Program-made: the position numbers and the translations under genes
From: an uncultured Verrucomicrobiae bacterium
GTDB taxonomy: Bacteria > Verrucomicrobiota > Verrucomicrobiia > Chthoniobacterales > JAATET01
Assembly (NCBI GenBank): GCA_963719495.1
Contig: CAVRCI010000005.1
Coordinates: forward strand, 64,001 to 128,000
Reading direction: 5' to 3'
DNA: 64,000 bases
The notes under the pieces: model-generated
The model's database searches: none
What the model was told of the DNA's origin: nothing
The model's input: only the letters and a program-made list of their open reading frames with translations
Shown: positions 19,953 to 31,900 of the stretch, one piece after another
How positions within the stretch are numbered: position 1 is the first letter of the stretch
How the letters are laid out: each line of letters opens with the position of its first letter

Positions 19953-20394
19953 AAGACCCATTTTACCACCGCCATCCCGCCGCCGCCAAGCCCCAGAAGA
20001 CGACCGTCTCCCAGGTCCCAACCTGATGACATGAAGTCCAGCAGCAACCGGCACCGGGCAAACCGCGAGGAGAGAATCCGACTGTTTCGCGGACCAAACA
20101 ACGCCTTCTTGATCAGATCGGAGCAACCTCTCCGTCCGGAGATATCAGAACGGCTGCAGCCGTGCTGAATTGGGTCTCAGCGACGCAACCAGCATCAACC
20201 GCTTCGATCAACTGGTTTCCAGAAATCATCGCTGCCCCTCCCAACCCGCTCCGGCGACGGATTCCTAGCTCTCAATTGCCGCCGCACTCGCTCGTGGGCA
20301 AACCGAAATTCGCCACCTCGTCCATTGCCCTGGACCCGCCTATCTGCTACCTCCCACCGCCCGCACGTCGCATCCGAATCTTCCCGCTCGCCCG

Positions 20395-21290
20395 GTGACC
20401 AAATCAGTCAGCATCATCGGAGTCGGGTCCGCTGGACTCCCTGCGGCAGCATGCTCTGGGAAGCCACATCCCGCAAGGTCCAGAAACAAGGCGGAACCGT
20501 CGAGATGGGCGCAAACGTCACCCGCTGCCGCCACGACGCCGACTCCGGCGAGTGGGAGACGACCTTCGAGCGAAAGGGCGAGACCGGCACGATCCGGTCC
20601 CAGCACGTCATCTCCTCCACCCCCATCAGCCTGCTAGCGTCGTTGCTCGCCCCCCCCCCTCTCGGCGAGAAGGCCGCCGCCGCCCAACAACTTCGCTACC
20701 GCGACTTCCTCACCGTCGCCCTGGTGGCGCGCGAGCGTCACCTCATCGAAGACAACTGGATCTACATCCACGAGCCCGGCGTCCAGGTTGGTCGCGTGCA
20801 GAATTTCAAATCCTGGTCGCCCGAGATGGTCCCCTCGCCCGACCTCGCTTGCTACGGACTCGAGTATTTTTGCTTCGAAGGCGACGGCCTCTGGAATTCG
20901 TCCGACGATGACCTCATTGCCCTCGGGCGCCGCGAACTCATCCAACTCGGCATCGCCGAAGCCGACGACATCATCGACGGCACCGTCGTCCGCCAGCCGG
21001 AGGCCTACCCGGTTTACGACGACACCTACGCCGCCCACGTCCGCGTCATCCGCGACGAACTTACCGCCCGCTACCCCGGCCTCAACTTCGTCGGCCGCAA
21101 CGGCATGCACAAATACAACAACCAGGATCACTCCATGATGACCGCCATGCTCTGCGCGAAAAACATCGCCGCCGACGAACCGCTCTTCGACCTCTGGGAA
21201 GTCAACGAAGACGCTGAATACCACGAAACCGAGTCTCCTTCGACCGGCTCCTCGGGACTCCGACAGGTCCCACGGAAAATCGACGCGTAG
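20395..21290 (+). pseudogene. Internally deleted NAD(P)/FAD-dependent oxidoreductase
   Basis: Rossmann start MTKSVSIIGVGSAGL lies in a different frame, directly next to a C-terminal half (MLWEA...DNWIYIH...GRNGMHKYNNQDHSM). Confidence 0.7.
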
Positions 21291-21471
21291 AGTCGGTTCG
21301 CGACTACCTTCTACCGAGCCTTGCCCCGTTGGGTCGCGACCCGCTGGAAGCAGGTGAAATGAAGATGATCGAGTCGAGTGCTCGATTCGCTTTTTCAGAA
21401 CGTAATCGTCCGAAAGTCGTAATTTCCAAACCGAGACGAATGGACGATCATCAAACTACGGCTGATTTTCG

Positions 21472-21894
21472 ATGGAAGAGTTTCTTAAACCCCGCATGCA
21501 CCGCTCTCACGTCCTTTACGCCCCAAGCAATCCTGGCGTGGCGATCTCCATCGACGAATACATCGAAGGGGCTCGGGTCGGGATCAGCTCCGAAGCGGTC
21601 CGTCACTTCCCGTCATTGAAACAACAGCTCGAGGCCAAGCTGCAGGGCGATCACGCGCTTCAGCACCGCGACTTGTGCGACGGAGTGAGGGCCATCCACC
21701 GATTCCTGTCGTCCGCCGAGGCTCAGAACGCGGACGATCCTCTACCTCGTAAGATCGCGGAAGCGGCCGTCGCGTTGAACTATTTCCTCAAGGGATTCGA
21801 TCTCATCCCCGACTCGATCCCCGAGATCGGATTGGTTGATGACGCCCGCGTCATCGCCTGCGTCCTGGCCCGAAATCCTACCATTTACCAATGA
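21472..21894 (+). CDS. DUF1232/YkvA family protein
   Basis: ALNYFLKGFDLIPDSIPEIGLVDDA motif. Confidence 0.8.
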   Translation: MEEFLKPRMHRSHVLYAPSNPGVAISIDEYIEGARVGISSEAVRHFPSLKQQLEAKLQGDHALQHRDLCDGVRAIHRFLSSAEAQNADDPLPRKIAEAAVALNYFLKGFDLIPDSIPEIGLVDDARVIACVLARNPTIYQ

Positions 21895-22835
21895 ACATCC
21901 CAAACATCACCGCCGGAACAAACAACGAAAGCCTGACTGCCATTTGCCTCTTCGCCGCCTTTGCGGATGGCGAGAAGTCGGAGTCGGAACGCGAGGAGGT
22001 TCGGCGACTGGCTGCGGACGTCGGCATGGAGGACCTTTCGTCGATCTCGCGAAAGATCCTGATGGGAAAACTCTCGTTGGAGTCCGCGGTAGCCGGACTC
22101 GGAGGATCCCAGGACCGACTGCTTGCCTACGAGTTGGCGCTCGGCGTCTGCGAGGCTGGCGGCGACGTCACCACCGAAGAGCAGCAGTTTCTGGCAGACC
22201 TTCGGCGACTCCTCGATCTTGGGGACAACGACGCCAGCGCGGCGGAAGCTTCGGTCGGCGCCCTGGCCCTCGCGGAAGTGACGGGTTCCGGGCAGAACCT
22301 CGCGATCCCCGCGGCTCCGGACAATGCGGGTATGATCCTCAAATACAGCATTCTAAACGGCGCGCTCGAGCTGCTTCCAGAATCCCTCGCGACGATTGCC
22401 ATCATCCCGATGCAAATGAAGATGGTCTATCGGATCGGCCAGAACCACGGCGTCGAGCTCGATCGCTCGAACATCAAAGACTTTCTTGCCACCGCGGGCG
22501 TTGGATTGGGTTCGCAAATCGTGGAAGGATTTGCGCGCAAACTCATGCGGGGGATTGGGAAGAAAGTCGGCGGGAAGCTCGCCGGTCGCGCGGCCAGTCA
22601 GATTACCGGGTCCGCGATCTCCTTTGCGTCCACCTACGCGATTGGGCACGTTGCCGAGAAATACTATTCCAGCGGGCGAAAGCTCGAATCCGGAAATCTT
22701 CGGGCGATGTTCGAGCCGCTCCAGAATCAAGCGCGGGAGCTGCATCAGAAATATCTCCCCGAGATCCAGGAGCGCGCCAGCTCGCTCGGCACCGCCGAGA
22801 TTCTCTCGCTGGTCCGTGGCAAAACGCCCATCTGA
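21891..22835 (+). CDS. TerB-like domain fused to a DUF697/YcjF-like helical domain
   Basis: AAFADGEKSESEREE and VCEAGGDVTTEEQQFLADLRRLL (TerB-like); IPMQMKMVYRIG and SFASTYAIG in the C-terminal half. Confidence 0.75.
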   Translation: MNIPNITAGTNNESLTAICLFAAFADGEKSESEREEVRRLAADVGMEDLSSISRKILMGKLSLESAVAGLGGSQDRLLAYELALGVCEAGGDVTTEEQQFLADLRRLLDLGDNDASAAEASVGALALAEVTGSGQNLAIPAAPDNAGMILKYSILNGALELLPESLATIAIIPMQMKMVYRIGQNHGVELDRSNIKDFLATAGVGLGSQIVEGFARKLMRGIGKKVGGKLAGRAASQITGSAISFASTYAIGHVAEKYYSSGRKLESGNLRAMFEPLQNQARELHQKYLPEIQERASSLGTAEILSLVRGKTPI

Positions 22836-22888
22836 CCGGGGCCCCCAAGCCTCTCGTAACTCTTCGTCTGTAGAATCATCCAAATTTC

Positions 22889-23506
22889 GTGCAGGAAAAA
22901 ATCTCCGACGGTCTGAGAAGAGTCCTCGTCGTCGCTGATGGTCAAGGTCTGGCGATAGGACAGATGGTGCAGATCCTGCAAGGGCGCGGGTTGCTCATGA
23001 TTGTGATCCTGCTCTGCCTGCCTTTTCTGAGTCCGGTGAGCGTCCCCGGGATCTCGATTCCCTTCGGGTTGGCCATCGCCTTCAGTGGTATGCGGATCGC
23101 TTTCGGGCGGGAGCCTTGGATTCCAGACTGGGTGCTTCGGCGTTCGCTGCCACCCCGCGTTCTCGAGAAGATCGTCTCGGTCGGCATCCGGCTTCACGAA
23201 CGCCTGGAGCGAATCACGCGACCCCGCTTGATCATCTTTCTGAGTCAGACTGGCCGGATTTTTGCGGGATTGGCGATCGCCCTCGCGGGCGTCTTCCTGT
23301 CGCTGCCGGTTCCCCCGCCCTTTCCGTTGACCAATACCATCCCGGGCCTCGCGATCATCCTCATCTGCCTCGGTCTCATGGAACGGGACGGCTGGTTTCT
23401 CGTCTGGGGATACGGCCTGATCTTGATCGGGACGGTCTATTTGGCGGGGATCGGGTTCCTCGGCGGGGCGGGGATCGCCCAGGTTCGCGCGTGGATGGGC
23501 TGGTAG
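22889..23506 (+). CDS. exoD: Exopolysaccharide synthesis ExoD family membrane protein
   Basis: LCLPFLSPVSVPGISIPFG, PWIPDW, PLTNTIPG, GLMERDG. Confidence 0.88.
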   Translation: MQEKISDGLRRVLVVADGQGLAIGQMVQILQGRGLLMIVILLCLPFLSPVSVPGISIPFGLAIAFSGMRIAFGREPWIPDWVLRRSLPPRVLEKIVSVGIRLHERLERITRPRLIIFLSQTGRIFAGLAIALAGVFLSLPVPPPFPLTNTIPGLAIILICLGLMERDGWFLVWGYGLILIGTVYLAGIGFLGGAGIAQVRAWMGW

Positions 23507-23516
23507 ACTCGCCGCG

Positions 23517-24464
23517 TCAGGATGGCCAGAGCGCGAAAAGGTAGACGGCAAATCCCGTCAGAAGAAACCCACCCTCCCAGCGCTGTAGATTGCGCCCCGT
23601 CCACATGAGGGGGAGCAAAGCCACGGCAAACGCGCCCATCACCACGAGATCGAGTGTCGAGACTCCCGTGGCCTCGATGGGACGCACGACGGCGGTGATG
23701 CCGAGAATTCCGAGCACGTTGAACAGATTCGAGCCGATGACGTTACCGACAGCGATGTCGGGCTGGCGGCGGATCGCGGCCATCACGGAGGTCGCGAGTT
23801 CCGGCATGCTGGTGCCCGCCGCGACGATGGTGAGGCCGATGACGGCTTCGCTGACCCCGAGAGTCGTCGCGATCGAGGTCGCCGACCCGACGAGCCAGTG
23901 CGACGCCAGCACGAGCAACGCGAGTCCTCCCGCCACGAATGCCAGGTCGCGGAGCAGCGAACGCGACACGGTCGGCACCCCCTCTTCGAACTCCGCTTCC
24001 GCTTCCGGCGGCGACGTCGTCTTCGCCAGCCAGACGGTAACTCCGGTGTAAAGGAGCAGAGCGGCGACAAGGGCAGCCCCAATCCCGGATCCGAGAGAAC
24101 CCCGCGAAAGAATGAGAGCGCCGACGATCGTCGCACCGACCATGATCGGGGCATCGATCTTGAGCACCGGAAGCGCGATCCGAATCGGGCAAATCAACGC
24201 GGTCAACCCGAGGATCACGCCGATATTGAGAATGTTCGATCCGACGATGTTTCCCACCGCCAAGCCACCCTGCCCGGCCAAGGTCGCGTTGACACTCACG
24301 ACCAACTCCGGAGCGCTGGTCCCGAATGCGACGACCGTCAGACCGACCACCAACGGAGTGAGACCGAGCCGGATCGCCAGCGACGCACTACCGCGAACGA
24401 GACCTTCGGCTCCCACGAGGAGAACGCCAATGGAGAGGAGGAGGATAAGGATTTGAGTGATCAT
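23517..24464 (-). CDS. Calcium/sodium antiporter (YrbG-like)
   Basis: Two alpha repeats: GTSAPEL...GNIVGSN and GTSMPEL...GNVIGSN; ATG overlaps the upstream stop. Confidence 0.92.
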   Translation of the reverse strand: MITQILILLLSIGVLLVGAEGLVRGSASLAIRLGLTPLVVGLTVVAFGTSAPELVVSVNATLAGQGGLAVGNIVGSNILNIGVILGLTALICPIRIALPVLKIDAPIMVGATIVGALILSRGSLGSGIGAALVAALLLYTGVTVWLAKTTSPPEAEAEFEEGVPTVSRSLLRDLAFVAGGLALLVLASHWLVGSATSIATTLGVSEAVIGLTIVAAGTSMPELATSVMAAIRRQPDIAVGNVIGSNLFNVLGILGITAVVRPIEATGVSTLDLVVMGAFAVALLPLMWTGRNLQRWEGGFLLTGFAVYLFALWPS

Positions 24465-26221
24465 GGGGCAGCTTTCAGGGGCCAAAGTAGGGGCAGTATT
24501 GCGAGGGTCACGACCGTCAACAGCACCGTCAGCCAACCGCCGACCCGAATGAAATCCATGAGCCGATATTTCCCTGGGCCGTAGACCAACAAGCAAGAGG
24601 GTTCGAATGGCGTGATAAAAGAAATCGACCCCGCGAGCATGATCCCGATAGCAAACGTCCGCTCGTCCCCTCCGATCAACCGCGCGGCTTCCAAAGCGAC
24701 GGGGAGCACGACCAGGGCCGCCGCCGCGTTCGACATCGGCTGGGTCAAGAGAATCGTCAGAACGAAAAATCCAGCCAACACCGGAGCGATTCCGAGAGGT
24801 CCCAGAACTCCCACGATCTCGTCGGCAAGAAACGCGGCGGCCCCCGAGTTCTGCATCGCCGTTCCAAACGCCGTCATGCCGCCGATCAAGATTAACAACC
24901 GCCAGTCGATGATCGTGTAGGCCTTCTCGACCGTGATGCACCGCAGCACGACCACGCCGACGGCCGCCGTCAGGAAGGCGGCAGACATTGGAATCCACCC
25001 CGTCACGGAGATGAGGATCGCCGCGACGAAGAGCCCCAGAGCGGTCAATCCCGCCTTGGGCGATTGGGATTCCGCGTGAATCTCTTCGAGGATCGAGAAG
25101 TCATCCTCCAGTCGCAGCGCTTCGATGCGTTCCGGCGTTCCCTGCAGGAGCAGGACGTCTCCGGTTCGCAATCTCAACGCCGAGAGTCCCTCGTGAAAGG
25201 ACCGACCGCGCCGGTAAACCGCCAACGCCGATGCGCCAAAACGTTCCCGAAAAGCGATCTCCAGCAGGGTCCGCCCGACCAGTTCCGAGCGCGGCGTGAT
25301 CACGGCCTCGACGACCCGCGAGTTGCCCCCCTCGATCTCGTCGAGAGATTGACCTGCTCCGATCTCCAACTTTTCCATCGTCCGAATCTTGAGAAGATTC
25401 TCGGCCCTCCCTTCGATCAGCAACACGTCGGCGGCCTCGATCGGGACAGTCGGCTCGATCCCTTCTCCATCCCGCCAAAGCCGCAGGACCCGAAAATCGA
25501 GCAGCCCGAGATCGTTCCGATCGGCGCCTTGGCCGATCAACGGAGACTCGGCCAACACGGTCACCTCGCTCAAAAAATTGCGCAGCTCGTAGTCATCGGT
25601 CAGATCGCCCCCCGAATCGACCGGCAGCAGACGTCGCCCGACGAAAAACATGAACAGTAATCCAGTGACCACGATCACCAGTCCGATCGGCGTCATCTCG
25701 AAGAAACCGAGCGGCTCCATGCCAGCCGCCTCGATGTAGCCACTCACCGCGACATTCGTAGACGTTCCGATCAACGAGCACGTCCCCCCCAGAATCGAGG
25801 CGAAGGCCAGCGGCATCAACAGTTGGGACGGACTTAATCCCACCCTATTGGCAAGACCCGTCACCGCCGGCAGGAACATCGCCGTGACCGTCGTATTGTT
25901 CATGAATCCGGATAATCCCGCCGGAACGATCGTGATCGCGGCATACAACCGACCCACGCTCCGCCCGGAGATCTTCGCCAACCCTCCGCCAACCGCGTCG
26001 AGAACGCCCGTCTCCCGCAGCGCTCCGCTGATGACAAAGATCGATGCGAGAATGACCAGGATGTCCGAGCTAAATCCCGCGAACGCCTCCGCGGTCGTCA
26101 GAATGCCGGTGAAGATCAACCCCAACAGCAAAAGCAGCGTGACGAGATCGACCGACAACGTCTCCCGCGCAAAGAGAACGACGCCAATAACCAGCAGTCC
26201 AAGGACGATCGCAATTTCCAT
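24461..26221 (-). CDS. SLC13/CitMHS permease with TrkA-C domains
   Basis: SGFMNNT, LIGTSTN, QPMSNAAAA, VYGPGKYR; two central TrkA-C-like segments. Confidence 0.9.
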   Translation of the reverse strand: MEIAIVLGLLVIGVVLFARETLSVDLVTLLLLLGLIFTGILTTAEAFAGFSSDILVILASIFVISGALRETGVLDAVGGGLAKISGRSVGRLYAAITIVPAGLSGFMNNTTVTAMFLPAVTGLANRVGLSPSQLLMPLAFASILGGTCSLIGTSTNVAVSGYIEAAGMEPLGFFEMTPIGLVIVVTGLLFMFFVGRRLLPVDSGGDLTDDYELRNFLSEVTVLAESPLIGQGADRNDLGLLDFRVLRLWRDGEGIEPTVPIEAADVLLIEGRAENLLKIRTMEKLEIGAGQSLDEIEGGNSRVVEAVITPRSELVGRTLLEIAFRERFGASALAVYRRGRSFHEGLSALRLRTGDVLLLQGTPERIEALRLEDDFSILEEIHAESQSPKAGLTALGLFVAAILISVTGWIPMSAAFLTAAVGVVVLRCITVEKAYTIIDWRLLILIGGMTAFGTAMQNSGAAAFLADEIVGVLGPLGIAPVLAGFFVLTILLTQPMSNAAAALVVLPVALEAARLIGGDERTFAIGIMLAGSISFITPFEPSCLLVYGPGKYRLMDFIRVGGWLTVLLTVVTLAILPLLWPLKAAP

Positions 26222-26557
26222 TTACGCGGTAATGACCAGCGGAAGTATTACGCCCAAGTCCGGTGTCAAGGGACCAGAAAAATCGCGATGCAGGGTCGGC
26301 GAGTGAGCCGTTTCCGCGATCGTCGTCGCGGATGACCCGCAGCCACGTTCGGGGACGCGGCGGCGGAAAGCAGAGGTGACGTGCGTCGAGGGGCGATGCC
26401 AGCGATCAGGGAGTGAGTCAATCGCGGCGAATCCAGGGGACTCTGGCACCTGCCGCCTTCCCCAAATCACCACCCATTTTCAAACTTGACGCCAACCGCC
26501 CCATCCGGTTGGTTGCGCGCCAGTTTTGAGCAGCAATATCACCAACTAGCCGCCTTG

Positions 26558-28060
<1,503 letters not shown>

Positions 28061-28200
28061 CCCCGAATCCCGCGAACGAAGTGAGCGCAAACCACTTCCC
28101 ATTCCGCATTCAACAGTTGCCTCGGTCGCTCCCGCTCCTCTCGCCCTTCGGGCTGCTCCGCAGAGCTAGAGCAGGCTGCCCCAAGCCTTCCCGGGCTCCG

Positions 28201-28710
28201 GTGCTCACATTCCTGAGCGTTCTCGCTCTGGCAGGCTGCGCCGGAGACACCCGCCACCAACTCCTCATCAGTGTTCAAGACCAACGCATGGTCGTGCTCG
28301 ACGAAGGAGAATTCGTAGCCGCTTACCCGGTTTCGACGTCGAAATTCGGCCTCGGCAGCGCCCCAAGCAGCAACCGAACCCCCGTCGGCCACTTCAAGAT
28401 CCGCGAAAAGATCGGCGACAACCTCGCGCCCGGCGCCGTCCTCAAGCACCGCCGCCCCACCGGCGAAATCCTCGGCGTCAACGCCCCCGGCCGCGACCCC
28501 ATCGTCACCCGCATCCTCTGGCTCGACGGCCAGGACCCCGGCAACCGCAACGCCCACGACCGCTACATCTACATCCACGGCACCCCCGAAGAGCGCACGA
28601 TTGGGACCCCCGCCAGCTACGGCTGCATCCGCATGCGCTCCCAGGACGTCATCGCCCTCTACGACCGAGTAGGGTCCGGCGCCCGGGTCGTGATTCAGGA
28701 GAGCTTCTAG
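28201..28710 (+). CDS. L,D-transpeptidase (YkuD) lipoprotein; start uncertain
   Basis: Lipobox LAGC, YPVSTSKFG, IYIHGTPEE...SYGCIRM. Confidence 0.85.
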   Translation: MLTFLSVLALAGCAGDTRHQLLISVQDQRMVVLDEGEFVAAYPVSTSKFGLGSAPSSNRTPVGHFKIREKIGDNLAPGAVLKHRRPTGEILGVNAPGRDPIVTRILWLDGQDPGNRNAHDRYIYIHGTPEERTIGTPASYGCIRMRSQDVIALYDRVGSGARVVIQESF

Positions 28711-28723
28711 CTTTCCACCCCCC

Positions 28724-28747
28724 GGAGGGCAAGGCTCCCGCCGAGCC
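28724..28747. repeat. REP-like family GGAGGGCGAGGCTCCCGCCGAGCC; other copies 6346-6369, 46821-46844, related inverted copy near 34280-34305
   Basis: Three near-identical intergenic 24-mers. Confidence 0.85.
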
Positions 28748-28980
28748 GTCATCAACGCGCCACCCGTGCGTCCACGCCACAATTCCGAACCCCACTCACG
28801 ACCCGCTAAAACCCAAACGCTTGTCATGCTGAGCGAGGACAAGCATCTCTGACTTACCCTCCTCACCGAATTCGCAAACTCGGTCATGTCCCGCGAGCAC
28901 TAAAACGAACAAGAGGAGATTCGGAAAGCGCGCCAGAAGTTGCCGATGGTGGAATCAACTGGCAGTCTCGTAAATTAGTC

Positions 28981-31900
28981 ATGGGGGATCCGGTCGTTCA
29001 CATTCCGAGGCATCGAAAGGCTCGCTGGTTCCTAAACGAACGGCTTCTAGAAGGCGTCTCAACGTTTTCTCAGTTAGAGGATCGGCTTTCTACACGACTT
29101 TCGGAGAAAACTCGGGGCGACGCATTCGAAGTCTTCGCCGAAGCCTGGCTCGCGACCCAACGCCTTCCGCAGGCCCAACAAATCTGGACCGAACAATCCC
29201 TCCCCACACGGCTCGCGACGCAGTTACGCCTCCCAACCGGCGACATGGGAGTGGACGGTGTTTTCGAGACAAGCGCCGGTGATTATTGCTGCTACCAAGT
29301 CAAGTTCCGCACCGGTCGCCCTCGCCTTCGCTGGAGCGATCTGTCCACCTTCTTCGGACTCGCCGACGCCTCGTTGCTACGACTCGTTTTCACGAACTGC
29401 GATGAGGTCGCCGGGACCGCCGAAGATCGCCCGGGTGCCATTTTTGTCCGAGGCACCGATCTGGACCGGCTAGGCCCAGCGGACTTTGCGGCTATGGCAG
29501 CGTGGCTCGACGGGGTCACGGTGCAACGAAAACTGAAAGAGCCGAGACCTCATCAGGTCGAAGCCGTCCGGAGCATCGTCGACGCATTCGCCGCCAACGA
29601 CCGAGCGACCGCCCTCATGGCCTGCGGCAGCGGGAAAACGCTGATCGCCCTCTGGGTCGCCGAAGACATTCGGGCGAAGACCGTCCTCGTCCTCCTCCCC
29701 TCCCTCGCTCTCGTCGGGCAAACGGTTCACGAGTGGCTCAAAGAGACCCGCTGGACGGACGTGGACTACTGCTGCGTCTGCTCCGACGATTCCGTGCAAT
29801 CGGAAGATGACGCGATCGTCGTCCGCCCGTCGGAACTCGACTTTCGCGTGACCACCGACAGCGCACAACTGGCCCGCTTCCTCGAACATTCCAAAGCGGC
29901 GGTTCGCGTCGTCTTTTCGACCTACCAATCATCACCCGCCATCGCCTCGGCAATGACGGGACAGCCTCCGTTCGACCTCGCGGTCTTCGACGAAGCCCAC
30001 AAGACGGCGGGTCGTGAGGGCGTCCGCTTCACGTTTGCGTTGGACGATCAGCGCCTCCCAATCTCCAAGCGCCTGTTCCTGACCGCCACACCGCGCCATT
30101 ACAAGCTCAAGGGGCGCGAAGGCGCGACCGAAAAGGTTTTCTCGATGGACGCCAAATCAGTCTACGGCTCCATCGTCCACCGACTCTCCTTCACCAAAGC
30201 CGAGCGCCTCGGGATTGTGACGCCTTACAAAGTCATCATCTCCGTCGTCACGTCGCGAATGGTGACCGACGAACTCCTCCGCCGCGGGGTGGTCGTGGTC
30301 TCCGGGGAAGAGATCAAGGCCCGGCAGGTCGCAAATCAGATCGCCCTGCGCGCGGCGATCGAAATGTATGACATCCGGAAAGTCTTCACCTTCCACTCGC
30401 GAGTCCAAGCCGCCCGATCATTCGTTCACGAGGGCTCCGAAGGCGTCGGGCAGCATTTGCCTGGATTCGAATGCGCCCACATCAGCGGAGCGATGCCGAT
30501 GACGCATCGCCGAAAGATCATGCGCGAATTCGAAGCTTCCTTCCGGGCGATCCTCTCCAATGCGCGGTGCCTCACCGAAGGCGTCGATGTTCCCAGCGTC
30601 GACCTCGTCGCCTTCCTCAGTCCCCGGAGAAGCTTGGTCGACATCGTTCAAGCCACCGGTCGCGCGATTCGCACGGCTCCAGACAAGACGTTCGGCTACG
30701 TTCTGGTGCCCCTGTATGTCGAGCAAGCTCGCGACGAAACGGTGGAAAGTGCGGTAGCCAGAAGCGCCTTCGACGAGGTCTGGAACGTTCTCAATTACCT
30801 GCAGGAACACGACGATTTTCTCGCCCAGGTCATCTCGGAAATGCGGGCAGAGCGAGGCCGAACGGGCGGATTCGACGATACGCGTTTTCGGGAGCGCGTT
30901 GCGATCCTCGGACCAACCGTCGCCTTGGCCGCATTGGAAAAATCGATCACCGCTGCCTGCGTCGATGCGGTCGGAGATCCGTGGTTCGAACGGTTCGGCC
31001 AGCTTAAGGCTTACCACCAAGAGCATGGCGACTGCGACGTGCCCGCGCGCTGGAAAGGCAGCAACCGGCTTGGAACGTGGGTTGTCACGCAACGGGTCCA
31101 CTGGAATGACGGCCTGCTCGACTCGGCAAAAATTGCCCTTCTCGATGAACTTCAATTCAACTGGGATCCGAAAGGACGAGCGTGGCGCGAACGATATCTG
31201 GAACTTTGTGCCTACCGTGAACGGTTCGGCGACTGTCGCATTCCCCAGGATTGGTCGGAGAATCGACGTCTCGCCCAGTGGGTTTCGACCCAGAGACATC
31301 GGCTTCAAACCGGCCAGATTAGAACTGAGCAGAAGGAGTTACTGAATCGGCTTGGTTTCGAATGGAGTATTGATTTTCGAACTTGGGACCATCGATTGGA
31401 AGAACTTCGCCAATTCAAAGCCGACCACGGACATACCCGCGTTCCCGCTAGATGGGCTAAGAATCGAACGCTGGGTGCCTGGGTTGCTACCCAACGTTAC
31501 GAGAATCGACAGAAACGGCTTACCGTTGACCAAATTGCGTTGTTGGATGCCGAGGGTTTCGAATGGGATATCGCGGGTCGGCAGTCGACGGTTGACGAAA
31601 AGCTCGCGCTTCTCATCGACTTCCAGAATCGGACCGGTCATTTCCGGATCCCAAAAACCGATGCTAATTTGTCACACGTGGTTGATTGGCTATCCACCGT
31701 GCGTCGACTCAAACGGCTCGGCACTTTGGACGCTGACATCGAACGGCGGTTCGATCAGATAGATTTCCCGTGGATCCCTGTTCCGGCACCCCCGAAAGAT
31801 CGATGGAATGAAAGATTCGATAGATACCGTTCAGCTATTCAAGAGCATGGGCGATTGCCGCTTCCAGCCACCCAAGAAACCAGATGGCACCGCACATGGG

